A stretch of 64,000 bases of DNA, taken from assembly GCA_951406725.2 (NCBI GenBank), contig OX597827.1:58652001-58716000 (forward strand). The letters are read 5' to 3'. This stretch comes from Octopus vulgaris. Lineage: Eukaryota. Position 1 is the stretch's first letter. Each line of letters opens with the position of its first letter. This document shows positions 29,705 through 43,162 of the stretch, one piece after another. Below the pieces are notes generated by a model. It saw only the letters and a list, made by a program, of their open reading frames with translations. It had not been told where the DNA came from and did no database searches. The translations under genes were made by a program, and so were the position numbers.

Positions 29705-30800
29705 CCTATATATATATATATGAATAAAAAATGGAGTTAACGCAGGTGTAAACAAATATTTTTACTTTCGACACATGTTTCGAAAATTCCACTGATACTA
29801 TTCAAAAGAATAAATGGTATAAACAATGCAATCTTCTCTTCGGGAAAGTGAAAAAAACGAAACTCGTCAATACGACATTTTAGCAAAAAATGATGGATTT
29901 GTATAGCGATACACAGAACGCTATTAATATTGTTTTAAAAAAACGTTATATGATATAACTTCATAAGTAGCTAACAGAAAGAGTAGGGATATTAATAGTG
30001 AAAGTTAAATATAAAGGAAATTAAAGTTTAAATTATATATAATGATAGAGACTACTTATATGCACTAAATGTATGTTTTTGCCAATGCTTACATCTGTAT
30101 GCTCGCTCTATAACCGTGTTTACTAGAGTATTTTTAGAAAAAATAATGAAAAATAGCTCAGAATTGCAGGGAAGACAGAATTTCTTGCCTTTGTCATATG
30201 GTATCGAAATTGAGAGGATCAACAATTCTAAATGAAATTGTTCATTGTGGTCTTTTAAATCTCAAATCAGTTTGCTGAGACCGGTACTATTCCGTTTATT
30301 TCTATCCCTAAATGTTGAGTAATGGATAGAAATTCTTTTAGATAACTCTAACGATGTGCTTCCAATGTAAAATCGTACTTTATTACGAGTAGTGATTATA
30401 CACTGGTATATAGAATTTTTAATCTTAGAGTTACTTGACATAAATTTAATTCTATTGGAATTGACTTCAGATACAATAACCTTGTTATTAATATTTCTAG
30501 AGGGATGGATGGTATTAGCTAAATTAATCTTAGTATTAGTAAATGTATTAATATTTAACAGTTTGCTATTATGAGAAGATATAATTTGCAAGAGATTTTT
30601 TGTGTTTGAAAAACCTATCCTAACCTTATGTGAATTAATTATAGAATAATATCTAGAATTGTTTGGAAAATTCCTAGCAATAGCTTGACGAAACAGCAGT
30701 GGGAGATTAGATTTAATTTGTCTCCCGTAAGGAATTATTAACCAAATATTTTTACTAGTATTCATAGCGTAATTACCTTTGAAGGTGTTATATTTACTTA
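29705..30800 (-). mobile_element. Penelope-like retroelement 3' remnant (Naiad-like GIY-YIG endonuclease + 3' terminal region)
   Basis: IWLIIPYG...RNFP...IISSHNSKLL linker; SIYQC...FYIGST...KRISIHY...STGLSKLI. The frame continues past TGA(30262) to FCLPCNSE...LVN...CKH and TAG at 30052. Confidence 0.85.
29764..29849 (-). ncRNA. Hammerhead ribozyme motif in the PLE 3' terminal region
   Basis: Minus strand: actttc-CCGAAGA-gaagattgca...tggaattttc-GAAA-c-atgt-GTC-gaaagt. 6-bp stem I, long stem II, short stem III, GUC cleavage triplet; ~200 nt after the ORF stop. Confidence 0.7.
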
Positions 30801-30920
30801 TAGATCTTTCCTTCTCCTATATTTCCGACGAAGAGCTCCTTCTTTCCTGAGCGTCCAATAATACTATATTTGTTCCACGTCCTCGCGTTGTTGTGTTTTT
30901 TTGTGCTTTCTTGTTTGGAT

Positions 30921-30957
<37 letters not shown>

Positions 30958-31472
30958 TCTATTCAAATTTTAAAAGAACTTCAAAATTTTGTGATATTAC
31001 AAGTTTTTCATTTAAATTTAAAGTAATACCATATCGGTAGGGTACTAATAAATACTTTATTATTATCGATTTCTTTGGTGTGGGGCCGCAGACCCAATTA
31101 GCCCTCCGCTGCAGCTAGCTCAAAAGTCCGCACGGAGTGCAGCTTTTAAGCTAGTGTTTGATAAAATAAAGCAGGATCGTCAATGTTGGAATGTCTTTTG
31201 ACAATAAGTCTGTTCGACAGCAACAGCAATAACAACCACAACTACAGCACGTTTATTTCGTAAACAGTTTTAAATGAAGTGAATCAACCTGATTGATAAG
31301 AACTAATCAAATCAAAGTTTCTATCATTCATAGAAGCTGTTCTTTCTGTGTATTGATGAATCATTCATTATCAGAGCTTATAAGGAGGTGGGATAGGTGT
31401 CAGCTAGCACATTGGTCCAAGGCCCCAGAGGGCTCCTCACTGAATTTAGCAAGGATCACATTTGTGGTCGTA

Positions 31473-31775
31473 GAGGCACATGGCCTAGTGGTTAGAGCAG
31501 CGGACTCGCGGTCGAGGGATCGCGGGTTCGAATCTCAGACCGGGCGATGTGTGTGTTTATGAGCGAAACACCTAAGCTCCACGCGGCTCCAGCAGAATGT
31601 AATGGCGAACTTCTGCTGACTCTTTCGCCACAAATTTCTCTCACTCTTTTCTCCTGCATCTTGCAGCTCACCTGCAACGGACCGGCGTCCCGTCCAGGTG
31701 GGGAACCTATACGCCAAGGAAACCGGGAAACCGGCCCTATGAGCCAGGCGTGGCTCGAGAAGAAACAAACAAAAC
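31473..31775 (+). mobile_element. tRNA-derived SINE (family C variant)
   Basis: tggcctagtggttagagc...gggttcgaatctc head, V-SINE-like core, (CAAA)n tail. Related copy at 37090-37250 (-). Confidence 0.85.
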
Positions 31776-32577
31776 ATTTGTGGTCCGAAAACAGTCTTGT
31801 TCTGCCTCACCAAAATTCTGTATGAAGGCCCTGCTCATCTCAATAGAGTGGTGACTCCAAAAGTCTGAGCGATAGCAACCCGATGAGAAGCGTTTGGTCG
31901 TGCCAAACTGCAAAAAACCATTCCAGAGCCGAGAAGTATTTCTATTAAGAAGGTCAACCTCGCATGTGTTTTTGATGCCACGATAACTCGCCATGGTCCT
32001 GGCCATTCTAAACTGCAAAAGACTATCTCAGCTCAGAGAAAGAATCTATAACAAGTATGACACCCTCTTTAGTGTTTGGTGACACAGATCCCATCCTACC
32101 CAGCTCTATGAATGTCCTTGGCAATTTGACACGACCAATGCTCCAAGTCGGGTTGCCATCACTGAGATTAAAATAGTTAAATCCCTATTTCTACGATGAT
32201 AGGTGGTCCATCACCGTACTTAAAGAATACTTTTACTGGAAGATCGAAACGTTGACTTGATCTTTAGTTCTTTTCAATCAGGTTCAATCGATTCATTCAA
32301 TTTTTGTTTTTTGGTTTTGGTGGTAGGGGTTCACGGAACGAATCTCTTCTAGTGTTGTTATTGATGCTGCCCTAAGTTCAAAACTAATCGAACAAACTTA
32401 TTGCCAAAGACATTTATTTTCATGGTGAAAATCCCGTCTTTTTTCCTAACTCTTTATCGAGCACTAATTATGCAACATGTCCTTTCTCTTCTTCTTTAAG
32501 GAAGAAAGGTGTGATGGTGTAATTTGAAGGTAACTTGGCTTCTGTTTATAACAAATAAGGCTGTTATTGCTTTGCTA

Positions 32578-33004
32578 GGATATTTTCGTTTTGAACGGCA
32601 GTTTTTTTTCTAGCGGTGTCATATGAAATTGTCGCCCATAATTACGACCCTAGCATCGATCTATTGCATTTCAATCTGTTTAAGGGTTAGGGTTAGTTAG
32701 GGTTAGGGGTGGGGGGAAGGGTATCTGTTTTTCTTCAGAATTGTAAATAAACCCAATCTGTTTCTTAAACGAGGGACTTATTAATACGGCACAGAATGTT
32801 CACCTCAATAGACGTCCTTGATTGGTTGAAATTGCAGAAATTGAAGATAAAAAACAACAAATATCTTACAAACTATAGAATTTTCTCAATAAAGCCAAGA
32901 GAAAAAGATGTTTTATGAACACATTCTACCAGTATACGAAGTTTAAAAGTGTTTAGTTACGTGGAAATTATTTTAAAAAACTGCCGGTCAAACCGACAAG
33001 ATCC
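32578..33004. mobile_element. Merlin-like MITE with 8-bp TSD and internal TTAGGG-like repeats
   Basis: TIRs ggatattttcgttttgaacggcagttttt / aaaaactgccggtcaaaccgacaagatcc; identical flanking CTTTGCTA at 32570-32577 and 33005-33012. Confidence 0.8.
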
Positions 33005-35134
33005 CTTTGCTAAAACAGTATATGCAATATATAATGTAGTTCCGGGTTCAGTCCCTCTGCGTAGCACCATAGGCAAATGTCTTTTAATATGGTCTCGAGT
33101 AGATCAAGTCCTTGTGAGTGGATTTGGTAGAAAGAAACTGAAAGGTGGTGGTGTTGGTCTTGGCGGTGCTGAAGGCGTGGCAGTGGTAGCAGTGGTGGTG
33201 GTTGCGGTGGTGGTTGCGGTGGTGGTTGCGGTGGTGGTGGTAATGATGGTATTATGGCGGTTTTTGTACGTATACGAAATCACATACAGATTGGCACACA
33301 AAGTCAAGGAAAGTTTTATTCCACTTCAAGAAGATTTGGAACTTTGATGTAGCCTGTTGCGATTATAAATAGCTTCACCATAGTAACAAGGAAGAAAAAT
33401 TAATAAATATAAAAATAAAAACGAAATGCGAAGACAAAGACAAAAACAAAAACAGCCGCAACAACAACAACGACAACAAATAAGTAAATAACAATTAAAG
33501 AAATCATAAAAGAAAAAGCAAAAGCGAAAATAACAAAAATACATTAAGACGATAGTAGCAACAAAAAAATATATATATAAAACAGAATGTCGAAGACCAA
33601 CGTACAGGCAGTCAGACAAACAGACAGACAGATCAACGACCAGACCAACTTTCCCTTTTTGATCACTTGTTTACTTCCCTTGAATGAGTCGGTTGATTAT
33701 TACTGCTGTCCTGAATGTTGAGATTGGCTTTGTTGTTGTGGATGCTGTGGCTGTTGTTTTCGTTGTTGTTGTTGTTGGTGGTGGTGGTGGTGGAAGTGTA
33801 GTTATTGTAGTTGTTAATGTTGAAGATTATAGAAAATATATGTTAACTTTTCTTTTGTTAGTTTTCTTCTACGTTTTTCTTTCTTATTTTTGTATTATTT
33901 GTTCTGTCTTTTTATCTTTTTTTTCTTTCATTGCTTTTAATACCTTCCAGGTGTCTTGGCGTTTCTCTTTAAGGAATTACATTAAGTGGTAGCGGCTGCG
34001 ACAGTGGCTGTCATGGAGACGGCGGTGGGGACTGTAGTAGCGACGGCGGTGACGACGGCGATGGTGATAGCGGTGTCGGGGGTGTAGCGGCAGTGGTGGT
34101 GATAGTAGTGGTGGTGGTGGTGCTGGTGATGCTGATGATACTAGTGATGGCGCGGTGGTAGTTTTAGTGGTGGTGGTGGTGATGGTGATTGTAATAGTAG
34201 TGTTAGTGACGGTGATGGTGGGGATGGTAGTATTGATGGTGGTAGTGGTTGTAGTTGTGATAGTGGTGGTGGTGGTGGTGGTGGTGGTGGTGGTCTTGGT
34301 GGTGCTGAAGGTGTGGCAGTGGTGGTGGTTGCGGTGGTAATGATGGTATTATGGCGGTTGTTGTCATTGTGGTGGTGATAGTGGTGATGGTGATCATGGT
34401 AGCCGGGTGGCAATGGAGGTGGACAGGTGGCGATGGAAGTGATCGGGTGGCGATGGAAGAGGTCGGGTGGCGATGGAAGTGGCCGGGTGGCGATGAGGAT
34501 GATGAAGGTGGTCGGGTGGCGATGATAGTTGTGGTGGAGCGATGGTGGTGGTGGTAGTGGTAATAATGGGGTAGATGTGTGTGTGTAGGGGGTGCTGATG
34601 TTGGTATCAATTATGGTTATGGTGGTATTGGTGTGTGATGAGGAGGTGAACATCGTTGAGTGCATTGACGATGTGTGGTCGTCGCGTTGAACTGTGATAG
34701 TTGTTGGTGGCGCTCCAGCGACGCATAGGATTGTCGTGGGAGTTAGAAATATCGAGATGCAACAGGTGTTGCAGATGGCGGTACATAACAAACTACAAGA
34801 ACAAAAAGTATTGATTTACTTATTGCCAAAGTAAAATGGTCACCACGCATTCCATGTCTTGATATTACTTCTGAAACAAATTCAAATCTTAAATTTTAAG
34901 TTTTTAATTCACCCAAGAAAAAACGTTTTTTTCCCCCCATGATGTAATCGATAAAACAAAAACGCTTCTGAAACAGCTGTAGTGAACTTTAACCCTTTTT
35001 GTGTTTTCTTTCTTTCTTTATGTAAACACTGCACTTGGAACCTTTCCTACATTGGATCTGAGACTCATAGTGGCTTGTGAAACTGTATGCCGGCATGCAG
35101 GAGGATATAATTTCATATTCATTTATATTTATAT

Positions 35135-35752
35135 TCTTTTACTCTTTTACTCTTTTATTTGTTTCAGGCATTTGACTGCGGCCATGCTGGAGCACCGCCT
35201 TTAGTCGAGCAAATCGACCCCAGGACTTATTCTTTGGAAGCCTAGTACTTATTCTATCGGTCACTTTTGCTGAACCGCTAAGTTACGGGGACGTAAACAC
35301 ACCAGCATCGGCTGTCAAGCGATGTTGGTGGGACAAACACAGACGCACACTCCTGGCTGTGTGGTAAGTTGATTTGTTCATGTGCATGTATATGTACGTG
35401 TTAGGAGTTGTCCGTATGTGTATTGATATATGCGTGAGTGTCTGTATACTGTTTATACACGGATATGCTAATCTCGACCCTGACTTAGTGTTCCTTTTAA
35501 ATTACCTTTATCTAAATGAATCTTATAAACAATTAATATTATGTGTGTGTGTGCGTGCGCGTGCGCGCGCGTGTGTGTGTGTGTAAGGCGCAGGTATGAC
35601 TGTGTGGTAAGAAGCTTGCTTCTCAACCACATGGTTCCGGGTTCAGTCCCATTGCATGGTACCTTGGGCAAGTGTCTTCTATTATTGCCTTGGGCTGACC
35701 AAAGCCTTGTGAGTGGATTTGGTAGATGGAAACTGAAAGAAGCCGGTCGTAT
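35135..35752. mobile_element. Two SINE A fragments (3' half on -, 35135-35345; 5' half on +, 35586-35752)
   Basis: Consensus matches. Confidence 0.85.
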
Positions 35753-35766
35753 AATACACACACACA

Positions 35767-35835
<69 letters not shown>

Positions 35836-37259
35836 TCATTTTTAAAGATTTCGATGGGAAAAAGGACTTGCTACATCTACGACCTTTCCAGGCTTTCGGG
35901 AAGACTGCTATTGTGACTAATATAGTTACTGGCCATCGTAAATACCGCTGCAGTTTATTTCAGTCACCGTTTCACTCTGAAATTTACGCATGGTCAGTGG
36001 CAGGACTGATTAAGACTCATAGAGGTTCTAAGCACTTAAAAGATTTTGGTACCCCCATGTATATATAATTCAAAATATGACTAAAAATAAATCATAAAAT
36101 AAATTTTTATTCCGCTCAGATGCAGCACAGAATTTTGTCAGTGAACAGGTCGCGGTCTCAAAGCGACGAAGATATTTTGACAAATTAAATTTAAATGATG
36201 AAATGAATCTAACAGTTTTTATGTGTTTCTTAAATGGCTTATAAACACCTTCCACGCTCCAATTGTATTCGTTCCAGCACACGATCTCAGATCAGGTCAC
36301 TTGCTATGCAAGTACATCTCCGTAATAAATTTTTATTGTTGTAAATGAATCCAAACAAATAGCAAAATGGAAAATAATGTTTATTTTTGTATACTTCACT
36401 TTATTTATATTTGAAAAAAATTATATTTCCAATCATATAAAGCACATTGAATATCATTTTAGCAAATAAGGCGCGAGTTGGCAGAATCGTTAGCGCTCCG
36501 GACAATATGCTTAATGGTATCCGTATTTACGTTCAAAGTTCAAATTCCATCAAGGTTGACTTTGCCTTTCATCCTTTCGAGGTCGATAAAATAAATACCA
36601 GTTGAGCATTAGGGTGGATGTAATCGACTTACCCCTTCCCCGAAATTGCTGGATTTGTGCCAACATTTGGGACCGGTATTAATTTAGGAAATTTGAAGTG
36701 ATTTCTTTTGTGCATTAAACCATTTACCATTTCTGTGGTATCCTGCTTCTATTGATGTCCCAAGCACGTGCCTATTTTGCTTAATGGTTTATCCAATGCT
36801 GGTCATTGGAGATCTTGGAGGAACCATGGTGTAACCCACTATGGAGTGGTAAACTTTCAGACCCTAGTCTACATTGCGAATCCTCTGTACCCCAGGTTGG
36901 TTCAGCTCTCCACCCGTTAAAAGCCACCGTTTACGGAATGAGGATAACAACGTAGCTTTCTCACCCGTGCAACCTCCATGGTGGTGGGTGGATCTTCAAG
37001 TTGCCACACGCATTCTTAGTATTAGAGATTATTCATTGTGGCTAATGGTTCCTCTGCTTTGTGGCAGAAGTAGGAAGAAAGTGTAAGAGAAAGTTGTGGT
37101 GCAGCGGAGTACAGCGGAGTCACCCCTCCCCCGCCGGAGTCTCGTGGAGCTTAGGTGTCTTTGCTCAATAAACACTCACAATGCCCGGTCTGGGAATCGA
37201 AACCGCATTCTTACGACCGCGAGTCCGCTGCCCTAACCACTGCGCCTCCACTGTTACTA

Positions 37260-37875
37260 TTGTTGTCAAGCAGGCCTATAATTCAAAAGCGTTCCAGCCA
37301 TGATCATCCCCTCTTTTTGAATGTATGACTTTTGTTATAAAAGTGTTTGTTATTGTTGTTCAGTACCAAATCAACCTGGTGGTGTGTTTAGTCCCGTTTC
37401 ATCCTTGTTATGCTAATATAAAGCTGGCCTGTGATTCAGTAACGTTCCAACCGTGACTGCCCTGTTTTGTTTTGTTTTTTGTGCATGTCTTTTATATATT
37501 TTTAAGATTGTAGAATATGGTTTGAGAGAGATTTGGTTGGTATTTCTAGCAAATCGATCGCATGCGTGCGCATGTGTGTGTATGTGTGTGTTCGTGCGTA
37601 CGTGTGTGCGCGCGTGAGTGTGTGTGTGTGTACACGCGTGCGTGTTACAGCGTGATATATTAACATGTGTAACGAAAGGTAAATCCTTATCAATCAGATC
37701 AATGATCAGAAGTGACTTCCAGCCATGCCCATTCCGTCTTTTTCCTGTGTGAAGAGACCCCAAGACCAGATTATTCAACGTGTCTTATTTGAAGATGCTG
37801 TGATGTGATTTGAGAGAAATTCGGTAGCCATATCTAGCAGATCCAGTGAACACATAGAGGTCCTCCCGTTGGGCT
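37260..37875 (+). repeat. Old dispersed repeat family E
   Basis: Motifs atcaaaggcgttccagccatgaccatccc and gagatttggctgctatttctagca recur degenerately here and at ~32500, 42750-42990, 47640-47770 (-) and 59000. Confidence 0.55.
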
Positions 37876-38019
37876 CTTGTACAGACCTTATGTTTTCCTG
37901 TTTCCTCATAGCATTCTCCAGCTAGGTATCAGTTTTTAAAAGTGTATTAAAAGAAATCTGTGATTTCCATAATTTTCTCTAAGGATATTGTGACTTCAGC
38001 CATTTTTTTTTATAGGCTA

Positions 38020-38320
38020 AAAGAAGAGATGAGAGGAGGCAGAAGAGGAGGAAAAGTAGAAAGGGAGGAGAGGCGGAAGAGAAGGGGCAGAAGAGGAGGG
38101 GCGGAGGCAGATGATGATGAGGATGAAGAGGATACAGGAAGATAAGGAGGAGGAGGCAGATGATGATGAGAAAGGAGATCAAGCAGAGGAGGCAGATGAG
38201 GAGGAGAGGGCAGATGAGGAGGGAGAAGAGGCAAAAGAGGAGGAAGAGGTAGCGGAGGAAGAAGCAGAGGAGGAAGAAACAGAGGTGAATGAAGAGGAAG
38301 AGAAGGAGGCAGAAGAAGAC
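38020..38320. repeat. (GAG/GAA)-rich polypurine low-complexity tract
   Basis: Directly visible. Confidence 0.85.
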
Positions 38321-39296
38321 ATCGTCTAAAATAGGATCGAATTGAACAGTTTTAAGTCCCTTTGTGAATGAGCTATCCTTTCCACAGACTACGTCCTCGT
38401 GTACGAGCCAATGAGGACGTGTCTTTGTGGTTACTCAACTTGCTTGAAATAACAGTAAAATCTCTCTCATCGTTAAAGTAGCAAGCTAACAGAATCGCTA
38501 AAACAGGTCGGACAATATTGTTAGCAGCATAACATTTCTCCCTATTTTCTACGTGCTTAGTTCAAATCCTGCTGTTGTCAACTTTGTTTGCTATCCTTTT
38601 GTAGTCGATAAAAGAAATTATCATTTGAACACTGGAATCGACTTACTCCTTTTCTTAAAAGTTGCTGGGCCTTGTATCACGATCTGGAACCATATTACAC
38701 CCACATCTCAGAAAAGAGAGTACATGCGATAACGTAGTTCTCTACGTCTGGAAAACTATTGGATGGTCAAAACTGGATTGTCTTTGAGTATAGCTTTTCT
38801 TGATTAGAACCGATAAAAGATTATTAGCTGAATGCAAGTACATTTCAATATGTATTTAAATAGTGGGAGACAAAATAACCAATAAACATAGATGTTAAAT
38901 TAAATCTCTATTAAAACTGCTCCGGAGTTTAGGCGTAAAGTTTCCTGATCCATACGCGTGTGTGTGTGTGAGGTGGGAAATCTAGGCATGGGAAGGCAAG
39001 ACATCGGTGCATCGAATGAAAACTTGTATTTTTGATACGTATCAGTCGTCGTTGACTTTACGTTTCGTCCTTTTTTCGAAGTCGCTAAAATAAAATACCC
39101 GACAACGATGTAATGGAAAAAACAAAATACCAGACAACGATATAATGGAACAATACTTTCGAAGGCGGTGTTCCAGCATGACTGTGAATTCAATGATAAA
39201 AACTAATTTTAAAAAAATAACAAGAATACTAGTATTAAGTCATACAGTCAAAGAGGTAACCATTAACCTCTTCAAAGCATTTTCATAAATGCATCA

Positions 39297-39808
39297 GGAT
39301 CTTTTCACTTTGACCGGCAGATTTAAAAAATAATTTCTTTGTAACTGAACACTTTTAAACTTCGTATACTGGTAGAATGTGTCACAAAACATTTTTTTCT
39401 TTTGGAGTTATTGAGAAAATTCTGTAGTTTGTAAGTTATTTGTTTTTAAATTTCTTGCATTTCGGCAATTTCAACCAATCAATGACGTCTATTGAGGTGA
39501 ATACAATTACTGCTGTTGTTTGTCAACAAGTTCAACAAGAACTTCCGGCGGTGTATATTTCGTTTAAGAAACAGATTGAAATGTAATAAAATAGATCGAT
39601 ACTCAGTCGCCGGCACCGGATGCCACAACTGATATGAAACATTAAACATACATTTAAGAACAAATAACTTACAAACTACAGAATTTTCTCAATAACTCCA
39701 AGAGAAAAAGATGTTTTATGTGACACATTCTATCAGTATACGAAGTTTAAACGTGTTTAGTCACTAAGAAATTATTTTTTAAATCTGCCGGTCAAAGTGA
39801 AAAGATCC
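39297..39808. mobile_element. Foldback MITE with ~155-bp TIRs (same family as 32578-33004)
   Basis: 39297-39451 is the reverse complement of ~39651-39808. Termini GGATC...GATCC; the right arm matches 32855-33004. Confidence 0.88.
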
Positions 39809-41448
39809 GTGGATCCTAAACGCCCATGCTTGTTTTCAGAATTTTTGTCTGAAAAGTTTGTTTCATACGTTACTCTTGTGGTTAAAAAATATTGTGAACG
39901 TATTTCATATACGATGCATTGACGCCAGAGAAATGTGTCCTGTGTATCCCATGGGGAATATCATCAGTGTATCCCATGGACAAGCAAAAGGTTAATATGG
40001 ACTGGAAAAAAATGTTCGTTTGTTCAAAAACTTGTTTTTACAAACCTAATAACCATCATTCATATATCACATCAAAATTCATTTTAATGAACTGTAAAAT
40101 GCAGGTCTTTTCTTACGCGTTACAAAATTATGACATCATAAACGCCAGAATTTTACTGGTGTCGCTTGACGTCATAAACCGTTTTACCAGTGAATTTTTA
40201 AACCATTATCTGCAAATACTTACTTTTCACTTACTAAACAGTACAATTATCCGGAGCAAAGCTAAAATGAACAAAACAATTTCCGAATATTTTACAAAGA
40301 CTACTTACTTACACACGTATAACGCTATGCAAACGTTACAAAGGGTATTAATACCAATATCATTTAATTATTTGGGGTGTTGCTGCTTGATGTAAACCTA
40401 AAAAGTTGAAAAAAAACCAACACAATACAAAACAAAAAATATGAAATACAAAATTAATAAGTATCTTCAATTTTTTTATTATTTTTAAAGTTTTTTGTTT
40501 CTTTATTTTTATTTATGTCTTTTTTAAAAGAATATTAAAATTTATATTCTGTTCCAGTCATTGTAAACTCATTTGACAGATGTTCATAAATTAGTTACTG
40601 ATGCTTAAACGATTATCATTTGATGTATGTGGTTGTCCCCGCAACGGTTAATTCCACAGTCTGTAAAGGTGAGACCTCCTTATATAAAAGTATTAACATT
40701 TGATCTTATCTGATCTGTGTATCTAACACTAAAGAGAATGATTCAAGACTGCTTTGTTCTGTACTGTGTAGTGTTAAATTCGACTCACTTCTGTTGTTTG
40801 TACCATTATAATGTATTGTAGCAATGTCATATTACCAAATGCAGACTTTAAAATTCTCTTTCCACATTTACAGTAATAATATCCATTAATTTCCTCCCAG
40901 GATTTAATTGCAAGTTTAGGCCTGGTAGGCTTGAAAAGAAGCAGTTTTTTTTAACATCTATTAATGAAAATTTTACGTTTGTGAGATCAAGAGCCAAGTT
41001 AATGGTTTCACAGTTTAGTCTTTATAATGACTGATATTGTGTGATATTGTATTATAGTGTATTGCATTGGATACAGGTATGGTCGAATGGTTAAGAAGTT
41101 CGCTTTGAAGCCTTGAGGACCGGTGTTTGATCCCATACTATGATACCTTAACAAGTGTCTTTTATCATTGCCTCAGCTCGATCCAGGTGATATCTGGGTA
41201 GATGAAAACCGTGGAAGCGCCCATCCATTGGGGAGTGGCAGTAATTCAAGCGTTCAGCCTTGTCACACCTCGTGCAATCACACTGATTCTGCCCGAGGAT
41301 TGCCTTAAGAATAGAAAGAAGTGTTTGTGGAATACCCGGCCACTAACGACATAATTAAATAAGTAGGCAGTTTAGTTGATCGATCGAACAACTGGAACAC
41401 CCATATTCGACACCGACGGAGTTCCACTTTATTATTTACTGTACTTGA

Positions 41449-42030
41449 GGTGGCGAGCTGGCAGAATCGTTAGCAGGCCGGTCAAAATGCTTAGCAGCAA
41501 TTCGTCCGTCTTTACGTTCTGAGTTCAAATTCCGCTGAGGACGACTTTGCCTTTCATCCCTTCGGGGGTCAATGAAATAAGTTCCAGTAGAATACAGGTG
41601 TCGATGTAATCGACTTATTCCCTCCCCTAAAATTGCTGGCCCCGTGCCAAAATTTTAAACCATTATTCACTGTACTTAAGACAGTGATCTGGCAAAACGG
41701 CTATCGCACCGAACAAAGTGCTAAGCGGCAAAATACTTATTCCGTGTTCAAATTTTGCCGAGGCCGACTTTGCTTTTCATCCTTTCGGCATCGATAAAAA
41801 GACTACCAGTCGAGCACTGGGTCCTCGTCCCGCCAAACATTTTAGGCCTTATGCTTACAGTAGAAATAATTATTTTCTAAGCTTAAGCGGCGAGCTGGCA
41901 GAATCGTTACAGCACACCGAAAAAATGCTTAGTCGTATTTTTTCTCAGTCTCTTTACGTCCTGAATTCAAATTTCGCCGATCTTGAATCTCACCTCACTT
42001 CAAAATTGCTAGCTTTGAGCCCGAATTAGA
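41449..42030 (+). mobile_element. SINE family B cluster (three degenerate copies)
   Basis: ggcgagctggcagaatcgttagc heads and gactttgcctttcatcc cores. Confidence 0.8.
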
Positions 42031-43162
42031 AAGAATCATTTACTGTACTCTGCTGGCTGTGAGATATTGTGTTGTATAGTGCAGTTTTGAAGTCAGGTAC
42101 ATGGTTTATTGTTATCTTGACTTGATTTGTGCTTCGTCATACGTGGCATTTCTGGTTGTTTGTGCTTCGCCCTCAGTTACATTGCCTTGTGGTGGCACCG
42201 TTATGTTGTGCGGTTTCTGTATTACAATTATGCTGACGTATAACTGACGGTACCATTGCTGTTTTGTCTTCCTTTTCTTCTTTGTACCGCACATATGTGT
42301 GGGCGCAATATGGACGAATGCTAACGAAACTCGCTTCGCCACCACTTGCTTCCGGCTTCGTTCTTCTTCTGTGACATTGTGTGCAAGTGTCGTTTTCTAC
42401 AGGCTCTAGTCGGCCTATACCACGTGAGTAAAACTGAATAGATGGAAATTATGTAGAAGCCCGTCAGATGGATTTTTACCTGTAATTCAAACGGCTTAGC
42501 TTTCTCACACGCTGTCATTCTGACTCTGAGAATTACATTAAGGGTACGCATGTCTGTGGAATACTCAGCCACTTACACATTAATTCAGGAGCAGGTAATG
42601 CAGTTGATCGAATAACTCAATCCTCATCGTCGAACGACGGAGAACCACCACCAATACCACCAGCAGCCTGTATTACATAGTATTTGCATTGCTGTTGTGA
42701 TGTACAATGTTGTGTTACGTTATGGGGCGCATTATGATGACTGAACAAATCTGTGATCAAAGGCATTCCAACCTTGAACATCCCACCTTAATACATTTTT
42801 ACTGCATTACCCAATGTTCTTTTAAGATGATATGGTTTGATTTCAGGGAGATTTGGCTGCTATTGCTAGTTAAGCGACTCCCGCATAGAGGAGTTACTTT
42901 GTACTTATGACATAAGTGTTGTTGTTGTTCAGTCTAACTATGCCATAGCAGACATATGATGAAAAGCTTTCCAGTCGTGACCATTCCATCTTTCATCTAG
43001 ACACACCTGTATCTAGAACTCCATAATCCCATTTGTTCTTCCTTATATTTTAAAGACAGGTTGTTGTTGTTGTTCTTGTTCTTCTTCTTCTTCTTGTAGC
43101 TATTGTTGTTCTTACAATTGGTATTCTTTGCTGGTATAGTTACTTTTGTTGACGTTGCTATT

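Noticed and set aside
31473-31545. tRNA-like sequence with A and B boxes
   Set aside because: No closed acceptor stem; it continues into the SINE body, so it is a SINE head.
32680-32712. TTAGGG repeats suggesting an interstitial telomere
   Set aside because: Only ~4 imperfect units, internal to a TSD-flanked MITE.
36130-36185. Hammerhead-like layout (tttgtca...tgacaaa stem)
   Set aside because: The core and GAAA are too degenerate to call.
38111-38329. Glu-rich acidic ORF
   Set aside because: Polypurine low-complexity tract with no splice or domain evidence.
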